Assembly: GCA_002722245.1 (NCBI GenBank)
Contig: PBLA01000003.1
Span: 99,109 to 163,108, forward strand
Direction: 5' to 3'
Length of the DNA stretch: 64,000 nt
DNA from: Flavobacteriales bacterium
GTDB taxonomy: Bacteria; Bacteroidota; Bacteroidia; Flavobacteriales_C; GCA-002722245
The notes under the pieces are model-generated. The model was not told the DNA's origin, searched no databases, and worked only from the letters and a program-made list of their open reading frames with translations. Every line of letters begins with the position of its first letter. The first letter of the stretch is position 1. Shown piece after piece: positions 48,501 through 58,033 of this stretch. The position numbers and the translations under genes are program-made.

Positions 48501-48868
48501 TTCAAACCTATTACAATAATGGGCAACTCGCGTCAGAGTATCAGTATGTTGATGGTTTATTTGAGGGAGCATATAAAAGAAATCATAGCAATGGAAATCC
48601 CTGGATTGTTGCAAACTATCTTCATGATGATGTTCATGGAACTTATCGGGCTTATTACGTTGATGGAACTCTTAGGTATGAAGGAGAGTATGATAATGGG
48701 CGACTTAATGGTAAAATGAAGAAATATGCAAAAAATGGGCAGTTGCTAATGGATGTTTCATACGTTTTTGGTGTTAAGGAAGGGCTTGCTCATTTTTATA
48801 ATAATAACGGAAAATTACTTTATACATTGACATATAAAGACGATGTGGTGGTTAAGGTGAATAAATAG
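45557..48868 (+). CDS. Secreted giant protein: N-terminal TPR-like region plus >20 MORN-variant (MORN_2) repeats
   Basis: Signal peptide; TPR-like helices in the first ~200 aa; a long array of G.W..YY.NG...EG.Y.NGK..G.WK.Y repeats; 1103 aa. Confidence 0.65.
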   Translation: MKNILSLLAISFCSFLFAQTDYSFTSSGERFKKAYEHLLKEEYSAAFEYFDQVNPSDTLYDLVRFNKLVYQYNGNFYKDVVETGKGIIEDESIYTPEAYFYMIKALIDLRDYEKAKEGIQKAKKRFPLFFKYDFLDALMSKDKGEFEKAKKQFQTILRKHPKHSQSHYELAKIMADEAAETEAILGFQMAIMSNRNSVVLQKSFVGMEDVMQNNFEVTRSKDDNKLYKQINGFIASEIGLKQGYKADISLKYFSNNVTDLLFKQFTFKENTDDFTMNYYGRFFNEVKKNNLTKGYILYLLGVINNPVVQKHVTTFKSDIEAFEKFQKKYWKQLANENKTAINGKLYKREYQYDETGLITAVGKLNDKDKRVGPWVYFYPSGDIAAKTNYNEEGLLQGENIWFARDGYIKESADYEAGKITGHAFFTRDNGSPLYEGSFEENKAEGELTFYTNTGILSAKKGFKSNELEGEVKEYYTNGMLASKVMIKNGKNQGLQVVLYPTGDTISTKEFDKGKAVGKYESRHTNGKIASRGQYKSGKRIGKWVDYYYDGTVKYKYQYKNGNFHGAYLKFDTNGDTLVYGQYANSLLQGPYKDYSNNKVLWQHDYKKGKLKKYYNYSPSGTLINKGKKNYNLNDKFGFKYIEGTKKGNDFHGDYIIYWKNGKVKEKRVYEKGVRQGEHKEYYAWGELEVETNYKDDELHGLYKAYYDNGELYCEGHYFEGEEIGLWKFYHPNGNLKKTYYYSDGESIGHHIYYSISGEKKADYFYKDEILYNTKVFNSQGEVVCNIKTPQGKGVYHFTNVEGYKILKSNLDGGKHHGKKQFFYPNGQLMESVEKKHGESHGKFQSFYPNGQLKEEGVYVFGAKQGEWKSYHHNGKLSRKARYVDNYVRDSIVEYFITGEVDEITYYDANGNQTQVHYMHPSGKTNSVVTFDDGFIQGNYSNYDGLGQLVINRTYNGGENITYSYEKNGKLIEPISITNDKPIQTYYNNGQLASEYQYVDGLFEGAYKRNHSNGNPWIVANYLHDDVHGTYRAYYVDGTLRYEGEYDNGRLNGKMKKYAKNGQLLMDVSYVFGVKEGLAHFYNNNGKLLYTLTYKDDVVVKVNK

Positions 48869-50841
48869 TGGTAACAACAAGTAAAATTATTATGAATAAA
48901 ATATTCCTTAGTGTATTTTCTTTATTTAGCCTATTTGTATGGGCTGGAGAAAACAGTATACAACTTGCTGAGCTCCAAGAAAAATACAGTGATGAATATG
49001 CTGTTTTTTTGTCTAAAAATGAACACATTCACATAAAGACGAAAGGAAACTCGTATGAAATTTACAACGACATAAGTTGGGAAATGCTTTATTTAAGCGA
49101 TAAAGCCAAAGCTTTTGCCAATCAAACTGTTCAATTCTCTGATTTTATAGAAATTCAAAATTTGAAAGCGTATTCCTTCATGCCTGTTGGCGGAAATCCT
49201 GATCATTTAAAAAAGGTTAAGGTCAATGAATTTACTACAGAGGATGTTTACAGTGGGAGCTATTTTTTTCATGATAACAAACAAATAGCGTTTCAATACC
49301 CCGGATCTGAAGCAGGGACAAAGATTAAATGTTCCTATCGAGAAAATATTAAAGATCCTAAATTCTTGGGAAGTAGTTTTTTGATGAGTTATTTACCCAC
49401 CCTTCATTCCCAGTATAGTATCTCATTCCCCTCAAATGTTGATGTAAAGTTTAAACTGTTTAATACAGAGGATTTTGAATTTGAACATACAAAAATTACC
49501 AAAGGAGGTATAACAACGCTATCTTGGAAGGCAGAAAATAAAGAAGCGTATGAGCGGGTATCCGGAGGGCCAAGTTTAAGGTATTACACCCCTCATTTAG
49601 TGATGTATATTGGTGAAATTAGATTGAAGGATACTACGGAAACAGTATTGCCCAATTTAGATGGATTATATAATTGGTATTACTCTCTTATTAAAGATGT
49701 GAACAGTGAGGAAGACTCTTCTTTAAAAGCAATTACACTTGACTTAGTTCGTTCGATTCAAGGAAGGGATGAAAAAGCCAGAGTGATTTTTAACTGGGTA
49801 CAAGATAACATTAAGTATGTGGCTTTTGAAGATGGAATGGGGGGATTCATTCCACGCACTGCTGCTAGTGTTTGTCACAAAAGGTATGGAGACTGCAAAG
49901 ATATGGCAAGTATTATTACGGACATGCTCCGATATGCTGGAATAGAGGGGAATATAACTTGGGTAGGTAGCGATGAGTTGCCTTACGATTATACCGAAAT
50001 TGCTACCCCTATCGTTGATAATCATATGATTGCTTCTTACCGAAATGAGCAAAATGAGGTTGTTATTTTGGATGCTGTAGGTACATATACTCCTGTTGGA
50101 TACCCAACAGAATTTATTCAAGGTAAACAGGCTTTAATTAGTAAAGGTCAAGGGGATTATGAAGTTTATAGAATACCTGTGGTTCCAAAAGAAAAAAATA
50201 AAGAAGTGGATTTTGTTTCGATGAAATTGGAGGGCGATAAGCTCATTGGTACAGGTCAGATTGAAGCATTGGGGTATACGAAGTTTAATTACGTGTATAA
50301 ATTGGCCAACATGAGTAATAATGATGACCAGCGCAATTACATTGAATCGTACCTGGAGAAGGGGAGTAATAAATTTAGAGTAGATGAGTCTCAGTTTTTT
50401 GGTCTTAAGAACAGAGACACCTCCTTGATTATAGATTATAAGTTTAATTTGGAAGACTACAGTAAGACCGTAGATAGCGAAACATATGTAAACCTGAATT
50501 TAGACCGTGATTTTAAAAACAGTAAATTAGATATTGAGGAAAGAAAAGGAGTAGGGCGGAAGTTCGATCACACAACTGATAATTATTACGAGGTAGAGTT
50601 TAAAATTCCTAAAGGTTCAAAGGTTACTTATGTACCTGATAACGCTATGTTTGAAAACGAGCAATTTGGATTCTCGATTAAATATGAACAAACTGCCGAA
50701 AAGATCACATTGAAAAAAAATATCTATGTTGATACTCTCATGGTAGAAGAGGCTCTTTTTGAGGAATGGAACAAAATGGTTAAAAAGCTTAAAAATGCAT
50801 ATAAAGAAGTGATTATCATTAAAAAAAATAAAAATGAATGA
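48868..50841 (+). CDS. DUF3857-like protein with transglutaminase-like cysteine-protease core
   Basis: Transglutaminase-like core RYGDCKDMASIITDMLRYAGIEG with downstream His/Asp (DNHMIASY...ILDAVG). Start overlaps the upstream stop. Confidence 0.65.
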   Translation: MVTTSKIIMNKIFLSVFSLFSLFVWAGENSIQLAELQEKYSDEYAVFLSKNEHIHIKTKGNSYEIYNDISWEMLYLSDKAKAFANQTVQFSDFIEIQNLKAYSFMPVGGNPDHLKKVKVNEFTTEDVYSGSYFFHDNKQIAFQYPGSEAGTKIKCSYRENIKDPKFLGSSFLMSYLPTLHSQYSISFPSNVDVKFKLFNTEDFEFEHTKITKGGITTLSWKAENKEAYERVSGGPSLRYYTPHLVMYIGEIRLKDTTETVLPNLDGLYNWYYSLIKDVNSEEDSSLKAITLDLVRSIQGRDEKARVIFNWVQDNIKYVAFEDGMGGFIPRTAASVCHKRYGDCKDMASIITDMLRYAGIEGNITWVGSDELPYDYTEIATPIVDNHMIASYRNEQNEVVILDAVGTYTPVGYPTEFIQGKQALISKGQGDYEVYRIPVVPKEKNKEVDFVSMKLEGDKLIGTGQIEALGYTKFNYVYKLANMSNNDDQRNYIESYLEKGSNKFRVDESQFFGLKNRDTSLIIDYKFNLEDYSKTVDSETYVNLNLDRDFKNSKLDIEERKGVGRKFDHTTDNYYEVEFKIPKGSKVTYVPDNAMFENEQFGFSIKYEQTAEKITLKKNIYVDTLMVEEALFEEWNKMVKKLKNAYKEVIIIKKNKNE

Positions 50842-50862
50842 TCATACGTTAATCCAGAGATA

Positions 50863-52890
50863 ATGAGAAAAGAAATAATTGCAATTTGGAGTTTAGTTAC
50901 ATTTTCTGTGTTTACAAATGCTCAAAAAGAGGGAGTTACGGAAGCGTTTAACGAAAATTTTTGGGCAGAACAACCTACCCTTACAACTCTTACGGAAGAA
51001 GAAAAAAAGAGTAACGCGGTATTTTTGGCCGATTACAATGTAACAACGTATGAATATGGATCTTTTAAAGACCCTGCTTCAGGGAGAATAATTGAAGATA
51101 TTTTGTTGGAGAAGGATTTAAATTACAAACGTGTAAGGTTAAATAATGACCAGGCGATTGAAAGCTTTAACAAGGTATATATTTCAATGTCTAACAATCG
51201 AAAAGTGACCAATTTAAAGGCGCGTGCTATTACAAAAGATGGTAAAGTTATCGAGTTTGATGATTCAAATAAAAAAGAGGTTGAAAATTACGAAAATTAT
51301 GGACCTTTCACCATTTTTGCTTTGGAAGGTATTGAGGTGGGTAGTGAAATAGAATATACTTATTCCACAGAGGAGCCTGCGTATGGATTTTATTATTCAT
51401 TAAATGTTCAAGGGAAATACCCCAAACGAGATTTTCACTATGAGATTATTTCAGAGGAGAATCTTTTATTCAAAATGAAAAGTTATAACGGGGTTCCAGA
51501 TATGATTAATGATACATCGTATACTAAAGAGAAAAACAGATATGTTCTTCATTTAGAAAAGGTGGCCAAATTCAAGGATGAAGATTATTCTTTAAGCAAT
51601 GCGTTAAAACAAAGAGTTGAAATAAAGCTTTTTGAGAACACAGCCAGTAAAAAGAGAAACTTTTACAGCTTTAGTGAGGCAACTAACAAAAGATCCAAAG
51701 CGCTATATGACAATCCAAATGAAAAAGAAGGAAAAAAGGAATTGAAAGCGGTTACTAAATTGATTAAAAAGCAAAAATGGGACAAGATACCTGATCAAAG
51801 GGATCAGATTATCGCTATAGAGCATTACCTGAAAAAGGAATTTGATTTTCAAAACGCGCGAGTGTTTTATGCTACTGAACAAATTGAGAATAAGACATAT
51901 ACTGAAAAAGGATGCTTAAGAGTGTATGCTAAAATTTTTGATGCATTAAATATTCAACATCAACTTGTTATCACATGTAATCGTTTTGATAAAACCTTTG
52001 ATGAGGATTTTGAAACATACAACTATTTAGAGTCTTATTTGTTTTACTTTCCAAAGTATGATCAATTTATGGCTCCAAATAACGAGTTTATGCGTTATGG
52101 CCTTATTCCAAGTGTCTTAGCTTACAATAAAGGGTTGTTTTTGAAAACAGTTGAAGTAGGAGGAGTGAAATCTGCTTATCCAGAAACCAGAACTATAGGA
52201 GGGACCAATAGTGATGTAAATTTTGATAACATGGTGGCTGATATTGAGTTCGATGAGGATTTTGAAAAAGTAAAAGCCCATGTTAAACACAAGGCCAATG
52301 GATATAGTGCAGCGTATTTAAGACCATATATGACCTATATTGATAATGACGAGAAAAAAGATGAATTACTCGAGGAGCGCTTAAAGTCATTTGCTGATGA
52401 TGCTGAAATCAGTAATATTCGAATGAAAAATGAACAGCTCGAAGGTTATATGCTTGCCATACCTTTTGAATATGAGGGTGATGCAGAATCAAGTTCTTTA
52501 ATTGAGAAAGCAGGGAATAAATACTTATTTAAACTTGGATTGGTTATTGGGACACAAGTAGAAATGTATCAAGATACCGCACGAAAATTCCCTGTTGAAA
52601 ATTCATATAATCATGGGTACAACAGAGTACTTAATGTAAAGATTCCGGAGGGATATAAAATCACAAATTTACAAGACATTAATATGGATTTTTCATCCTC
52701 AAAGGATGGAAAGAAAACCATGGAATTTACAAGTAATTATAAAATAAAAGATGACATTTTAACGGTTACATGTAACGAATATTATGATGAAATTTCCGTG
52801 CCCTTAGAGCGATATGAAGAATTTAGAACAGTAATTAATGCCGCTGCGGATTTTAATAAGATTACTCTTGTTTTTGAGAAAAAGAAGTAA
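50863..52890 (+). CDS. Paralogous DUF3857/transglutaminase-like protein (more divergent core)
   Basis: Same overall size and architecture as the preceding gene. Candidate core Cys in EKGCLRVYAKIFDALNI; signal peptide present. Confidence 0.5.
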   Translation: MRKEIIAIWSLVTFSVFTNAQKEGVTEAFNENFWAEQPTLTTLTEEEKKSNAVFLADYNVTTYEYGSFKDPASGRIIEDILLEKDLNYKRVRLNNDQAIESFNKVYISMSNNRKVTNLKARAITKDGKVIEFDDSNKKEVENYENYGPFTIFALEGIEVGSEIEYTYSTEEPAYGFYYSLNVQGKYPKRDFHYEIISEENLLFKMKSYNGVPDMINDTSYTKEKNRYVLHLEKVAKFKDEDYSLSNALKQRVEIKLFENTASKKRNFYSFSEATNKRSKALYDNPNEKEGKKELKAVTKLIKKQKWDKIPDQRDQIIAIEHYLKKEFDFQNARVFYATEQIENKTYTEKGCLRVYAKIFDALNIQHQLVITCNRFDKTFDEDFETYNYLESYLFYFPKYDQFMAPNNEFMRYGLIPSVLAYNKGLFLKTVEVGGVKSAYPETRTIGGTNSDVNFDNMVADIEFDEDFEKVKAHVKHKANGYSAAYLRPYMTYIDNDEKKDELLEERLKSFADDAEISNIRMKNEQLEGYMLAIPFEYEGDAESSSLIEKAGNKYLFKLGLVIGTQVEMYQDTARKFPVENSYNHGYNRVLNVKIPEGYKITNLQDINMDFSSSKDGKKTMEFTSNYKIKDDILTVTCNEYYDEISVPLERYEEFRTVINAAADFNKITLVFEKKK

Positions 52891-52893
52891 AAT

Positions 52894-53811
52894 TTAATAT
52901 TCTAAAACTCTCGCCTTATGGTAGAGTAATCTTGTATTTGATTTGTCTAACGTATCCTGCCAACCTATATAATATTTATTCATTGGCGATAGCATCAGCT
53001 TATCAATATTTTTATGGGTAATACGCATAATTTCATCGGGATAAATAGCCTTTATTTCTTCAAAATTGAAATTTGGAAACTCAGGATTTGGGTATAAGTC
53101 TATAGCGCCAAAGAGGTGTAGAAATTCATGGGCAATCGTGGCTGGGTTTTTCTCTGTTAAAACGCAGTATTCTGGTCTTAAGCCGTTATATCCTGAATGA
53201 TAAGTAACTGATGGCAGTGACTGGAAAAATCCATTTACAAAGATCATCACAGCGATATTGTCTGTTTTGTATTTATCCTGTAATGTAAGGATAAGGTGTT
53301 CAATGGAGTTTACTTTAAATCTAGAGCCTGTTTTAGCAGTGTTGGGCCGTGTTCGTTTACCCACATACTTGGCGACATGATCAGCCCAATGATTTAATCG
53401 GTTATATTCTTTTTTTCTTGTCCGGTGATTTTTACTAAATGTAAAATTTTGATTGAGGTTGAAATGTGCCCTTGTTTTTCGTTCTTCAAAAGATATTTTA
53501 TTGCCATCAATATGATGAATGGTTTTTATTTTCAATTGAATTCCATTCATTTTTGCCTCTTTAGAAATCCAATCTGTAGCTCTTTTAATAGAGTCTAAGG
53601 TTGAGTTTACTGCAAATTCTGTCCATGGATAAAAATTCTTGGCATCTACAAAAACAGCAAACACAACTGCGGAGTCTTTAAGTTGTTTACAGACGTTTAA
53701 ATCTTTTGATTGTGCCATAAAGTCAACGTAATTGGTCTGAACGTTATAATATTTCAACCTACACGAATACATTCCTGTTAACAGGGTTAGAATAACAATA
53801 AGCTTTTTCAT
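52894..53811 (-). CDS. Putative zinc metallopeptidase lipoprotein (HEFxH motif, possibly M64-related)
   Basis: Lipobox LLTGMYSC; single HExxH-containing segment ATIAHEFLHLFGAIDLYPNPE, reminiscent of the M64 HEFGHSFAGLADEY motif. Family assignment uncertain. Confidence 0.45.
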   Translation of the reverse strand: MKKLIVILTLLTGMYSCRLKYYNVQTNYVDFMAQSKDLNVCKQLKDSAVVFAVFVDAKNFYPWTEFAVNSTLDSIKRATDWISKEAKMNGIQLKIKTIHHIDGNKISFEERKTRAHFNLNQNFTFSKNHRTRKKEYNRLNHWADHVAKYVGKRTRPNTAKTGSRFKVNSIEHLILTLQDKYKTDNIAVMIFVNGFFQSLPSVTYHSGYNGLRPEYCVLTEKNPATIAHEFLHLFGAIDLYPNPEFPNFNFEEIKAIYPDEIMRITHKNIDKLMLSPMNKYYIGWQDTLDKSNTRLLYHKARVLEY

Positions 53812-53873
53812 GATCTCTTTTCAAGTGTAATGCAGAATCTTGAAAAAGTAACTTAACCAGCACACCTTTTTGG

Positions 53874-54413
53874 TTATTTATTTCGTTTAATCACAAGAAA
53901 ATTTACCCATATTAAGCAGAGTAAAATGCTGATTTTTTGAAGAATAGGCCAACCTGTTTCAAAAAAATTGAGGTAGAAAATAATATTGTAAAAAGAGAGA
54001 AGACCTAGGGCTAATAACCCTAATGCGGGAGCGTTGTTTTTCCATTGTTTACTAATTTCAATTGCAACGAAAATTACAGGAAATACTCCCACTATGGAAG
54101 CGATTAAAAGTAATTCATCATGAAATTTTGAAAAAATACCAACGGTTAAACTTGCCGTGACAACCCCAGTAATTTTGACTGCGTATTTTTTTTTCTCGCT
54201 CCATAAAGTTTGATTTGCAAACCAAATAAAAAATGACGCAATCGTAATAGAAACTGCGATTAAGGCAACAATAGCAAAAAATCGCGTAATAAAGCTGTGG
54301 TGAAATAGGTCACAAAAAAAGTTTTCTGTGGGAACAAAAAGAACATGAATACACGCTGCTAAAACGTAAAATAACACAAAACTTACAGAGGATATTCTTA
54401 CAATTAAGCCCAT
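53874..54413 (-). CDS. Hypothetical small polytopic membrane protein
   Basis: 179 aa with 5 predicted TM helices; no motif recognised. Confidence 0.4.
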   Translation of the reverse strand: MGLIVRISSVSFVLFYVLAACIHVLFVPTENFFCDLFHHSFITRFFAIVALIAVSITIASFFIWFANQTLWSEKKKYAVKITGVVTASLTVGIFSKFHDELLLIASIVGVFPVIFVAIEISKQWKNNAPALGLLALGLLSFYNIIFYLNFFETGWPILQKISILLCLIWVNFLVIKRNK

Positions 54414-54458
54414 GAACAGCCGAATTTATTTTGCCGCAAATTTAAATAGTTATTTGCT

Positions 54459-54492
54459 AATTAGTCAAGTTGAATGAATTCCTTGACTAATT
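54459..54492. other. Perfect 11-bp inverted repeat (AATTAGTCAAG / CTTGACTAATT) with 12-nt loop, overlapping the leuS stop codon
   Basis: Exact reverse-complement arms; hairpin-forming; no strong T-run. Confidence 0.4.
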
Positions 54493-57253
54493 ATAGCACA
54501 ATATTTATGATTCGTTTAGGGACAACAATCACTTTTTTAGGGTTTTGTCCGTTTAGCCATTTTTGAGCATCTTCATGCTGCAGAACAACTTCCTCAATCT
54601 CCTTTTTATTCATACTAACTGGCAACTCCAGCTTAAATCTCATTTTTCCGTTAAAGGAAACAGGATAAATATGCGAGTCTTCTACCAAAAAAGAAGCATT
54701 AAGCTCAGGGAAAGAAGCGTGTGTAACACTTCCTTTTTCACCCATTAATGACCAAAGCTCTTCGGTAATAAAAGGAGCATATGAAGAAACAACAATTGCC
54801 AAATCCTTTAGAACAGCCCTTTTGTTGCATTTTAATTTTTGAAGTTCATTTACACAAACCATGAATGCAGAAACAGAGGTGTTGAATGAAAAGTTTTCAA
54901 TATCCTCTTGTACTTTTTTAATTAAGGTATGAAGTACTTTCAATTCTTCCTTTGATGGTTTTTCATCGATAATGTTGAATACTCCTTCGGAATTGTGATA
55001 CAAGTTCCAGAATTTTCTGATAAATCGACTAACACCGTCAATTCCTTTTGTGCTCCATGGTTTAGCTTGTTCTAAAGGCCCTAAGAACATTTCATACAAT
55101 CTTAACACATCTGCACCATGCTCTAAAACAATATCATCAGGGTTAACTACATTAAACCAACGCTTTGACATTTTCTCTACTTCTTCATCACACAGGAATT
55201 TTCCATCCTCTACTTCAAATTCAGCATCAACAAATTCGGGTCTCCACGCTTTAAAAGCTTCTAAGTCTAATTCATCATTCTTTACAAGGTTAACATCAAC
55301 ATGGATTGGGGTAGTTTGGTATTTATCTTTCAACCCTTTGGATACAAACTTGTTTGTGTCATTTACTCTGTATGCAATAGCAGATGTTCCCAGAATCATT
55401 CCCTGATTGATTAATTTTTTGAAGGGTTCATCAAAACTAATATGGCCTAAATCGAATAAGACTTTACACCAGAATCTAGCGTAAAGTAAATGACCGGTTG
55501 CATGTTCTGTACCTCCGATGTAAAGATCCACCTGATTCCAATAGTCTGTTGCCTCTCTAGATGCAAAAGTACCATCATTCTTTGGATCCATATACCGCAG
55601 ATAATACCATGAGGAACCGGCCCATCCAGGCATTGTACTCAGCTCATAATGGTCCCCGTTTTCAGGTTTCCAATCTTTTGCTCTTCCTAATGGAGGATCA
55701 CCGTCTTCAGTGGGTAAGTATTCGTCAACCTCTGGAAGGGTTAATGGATATTTTGATTCATCCAGCAACCTCGGGATCCCGTTTTCGAAAAACATTGGAA
55801 TAGGTTCTCCCCAGTATCGTTGTCTTCCAAAAATAGCATCCCTTAAACGGTAATTTGTTTTTCCTTCCCCAAGGCCTTCGGTTTCAATTTTCCAAATAGC
55901 AGTTTTCACAGCTTGTTTTACCTTTAATCCATTTAAGAAATCAGAATTAATCACTTTTCCAGATTTGGTTTCGTAAGCTTCTTTTTCGATATTTCCGCCT
56001 TCAATTACAGGAAGAATTGGTAAATTGAATTGTTTTGCAAAAGCGTAATCACGCGAATCGTGCGCAGCCACAGCCATTACGGCACCAGTACCGTACCCGG
56101 CCAATACGTAATCTCCAATCCAAATGGGCAATTCTTTTCCTGTAAACGGATGAATTGCATAAGCTCCAGTGAAAACACCCGTGACGTTTTTAACGTCTGC
56201 CATTCGTTCTCTTTCACTTTTGTTTTTTGCTGCCAATACATATTTCTCAACAGCAGCTTTTTGTTCATCTGAAGTTAACTGTTCAACATACTCATGTTCT
56301 GGTGCAATTACCATGAATGAAACACCGAACACAGTATCAGGTCGGGTTGTAAAGACCTCAAGGTTTAATGTTGAATGCTTGATATTAAATTTTAAACTGG
56401 CTCCAGTTGATTTTCCAATCCAGTTTCTCTGCATTTCTTTAAGGGAATCAGTCCAGTCTATTTCCTCCAGGCCTTGAAGTAATCGCTCTGCATACGCGGA
56501 TATCCTGAGGCTCCATTGGAGCATTAATTTTCTTTCTACAGGATGCCCTCCGCGTTCAGAAAGTCCATTAATTACCTCGTCGTTTGCGAGCACAGTACCT
56601 AATCCAGGACACCAGTTAACCATTGATTCACTCAAGTAGGCCAGTCGATAATTCAAAAGGATATCCGACTGTTCTTTTTCGGATTTAGACGACCATTCTT
56701 GAGCAGAAAAAATTGGCGTTTCTGCACAGGCTGCATCAACACTTGCGTTACCCTCATTTTCAAAGATCATAATCAAGTGGTCAATACTTTCTGCTTTTTG
56801 ACTTTGATTGTTAAACCACGATTTAAAAAGTTGAGCGAAAATCCATTGTGTCCACTTATAATAATTAGGATCACATGTTCTAACCTCTCTATCCCAATCA
56901 AAAGAAAACCCTATTTTATCCAATTGTTCCCTGTAGCGTTCTAGGTTTTCATCGGTTGTCACTTTTGGGTGCTGACCAGTTTGTATAGCATATTGTTCAG
57001 CAGGCAAACCGAAGGCATCATACCCCATGGGATGTAGGACGTTATAGCCTTTTAACTTTTTAAAACGAGCATAAATATCTGACGCGATATACCCTAGTGG
57101 GTGTCCAACGTGAAGTCCTGCACCCGATGGATATGGGAACATGTCTAAAACATAACATTTCGGTTGGTCTAACTTAATAGAAGTTTGGTAGGTTTTATTT
57201 TCCGCCCATTCTTTTCGCCATTTTTTTTCAACTTCAACAAAATTGTAATCCAT
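54491..57253 (-). CDS. leuS: Leucine--tRNA ligase
   Basis: HIGH motif ([16 protein letters not shown]) and KMSKS ([10 protein letters not shown]); bacterial-type LeuS. Start placed at MDYNF, the internal Met of the longer ORF. Confidence 0.9.
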   Translation of the reverse strand: MDYNFVEVEKKWRKEWAENKTYQTSIKLDQPKCYVLDMFPYPSGAGLHVGHPLGYIASDIYARFKKLKGYNVLHPMGYDAFGLPAEQYAIQTGQHPKVTTDENLERYREQLDKIGFSFDWDREVRTCDPNYYKWTQWIFAQLFKSWFNNQSQKAESIDHLIMIFENEGNASVDAACAETPIFSAQEWSSKSEKEQSDILLNYRLAYLSESMVNWCPGLGTVLANDEVINGLSERGGHPVERKLMLQWSLRISAYAERLLQGLEEIDWTDSLKEMQRNWIGKSTGASLKFNIKHSTLNLEVFTTRPDTVFGVSFMVIAPEHEYVEQLTSDEQKAAVEKYVLAAKNKSERERMADVKNVTGVFTGAYAIHPFTGKELPIWIGDYVLAGYGTGAVMAVAAHDSRDYAFAKQFNLPILPVIEGGNIEKEAYETKSGKVINSDFLNGLKVKQAVKTAIWKIETEGLGEGKTNYRLRDAIFGRQRYWGEPIPMFFENGIPRLLDESKYPLTLPEVDEYLPTEDGDPPLGRAKDWKPENGDHYELSTMPGWAGSSWYYLRYMDPKNDGTFASREATDYWNQVDLYIGGTEHATGHLLYARFWCKVLFDLGHISFDEPFKKLINQGMILGTSAIAYRVNDTNKFVSKGLKDKYQTTPIHVDVNLVKNDELDLEAFKAWRPEFVDAEFEVEDGKFLCDEEVEKMSKRWFNVVNPDDIVLEHGADVLRLYEMFLGPLEQAKPWSTKGIDGVSRFIRKFWNLYHNSEGVFNIIDEKPSKEELKVLHTLIKKVQEDIENFSFNTSVSAFMVCVNELQKLKCNKRAVLKDLAIVVSSYAPFITEELWSLMGEKGSVTHASFPELNASFLVEDSHIYPVSFNGKMRFKLELPVSMNKKEIEEVVLQHEDAQKWLNGQNPKKVIVVPKRIINIVL

Positions 57254-57317
57254 AATATTCTTGTTCTGCATGGCAAAAATACTCATTTGGATAATTACCT
57301 TTGTAAAAAATACGATT

Positions 57318-58031
57318 ATGAGAGTGATATTAATGGTTTTACTAACAATAGCATTGTCTTCTTGTGCAGAACTCTTTCATGTTGTGAATGAAGTCGCTAA
57401 CGCTCAAGAACAAGTAGTGACCGATTTTGATATTGCAAATGGATTAAAAGCCGCATTAAATAAGGGCGTGGAGAAGGAGGTTAAAAAATTAACCCTGGAG
57501 GATGGGTTTTTAGCAAATACGATGGTAAAAATATTGCTGCCTAATGAGTTTAGTGAAGCTGAAGCTAAACTGCGTAAAATTGGTTTAGGAGCATTACCAG
57601 ATCAAGGACTAAAGTTAATGAATAGGGCGGCAGAGGATGCTGTTAAAGAAGCAACATCAATTTTTATAGATGCAATTAGTAATATGAGCTTTTCTGATGC
57701 GCGTAAAATATTAATGAGCCACGATAGTTCGGCAACAAAGTACTTGGAGAAAGTAACAAGAGATTCATTATATGCCGAGTTTTACCCTGTGATGGAGCAA
57801 TCTTTTGGAAAAGTGGGCGCAGATCAAGCCTGGACAGCTATGGTTTCTAAATACAATAAGCTTCCGTTTGTAAAAAAGGTGAATCCAAATATTAAGGATT
57901 ATGTTACGAATCAGGCGCTAAATGGAGTTTTTAAGATGATTAAAATTGAAGAAAATAAAATCAGAACCAACCTTGGTGAACGAACAAGTGATTTACTAAA
58001 GCGAGTTTTTGCCTTGCAAGACAATCAGTGA
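57318..58031 (+). CDS. DUF4197-like lipoprotein
   Basis: Start chosen at [16 protein letters not shown]| (lipobox). ~238 aa, helical; resembles the DUF4197 family from memory. Confidence 0.45.
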   Translation: MRVILMVLLTIALSSCAELFHVVNEVANAQEQVVTDFDIANGLKAALNKGVEKEVKKLTLEDGFLANTMVKILLPNEFSEAEAKLRKIGLGALPDQGLKLMNRAAEDAVKEATSIFIDAISNMSFSDARKILMSHDSSATKYLEKVTRDSLYAEFYPVMEQSFGKVGADQAWTAMVSKYNKLPFVKKVNPNIKDYVTNQALNGVFKMIKIEENKIRTNLGERTSDLLKRVFALQDNQ

Positions 58032-58033
58032 GG

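Noticed and set aside
49744-50121. 125-aa minus-strand ORF inside the transglutaminase-like gene
   Set aside because: Antisense to a well-supported CDS, with no features.
57261-57317. Apparent 26-nt 5' overlap between leuS and the DUF4197 gene if the longest ORFs are used
   Set aside because: Both proteins have better internal starts (MDYNF for LeuS, and a lipoprotein signal MRVILMVLL...SSC). With those starts a normal ~64-bp divergent intergenic region remains.
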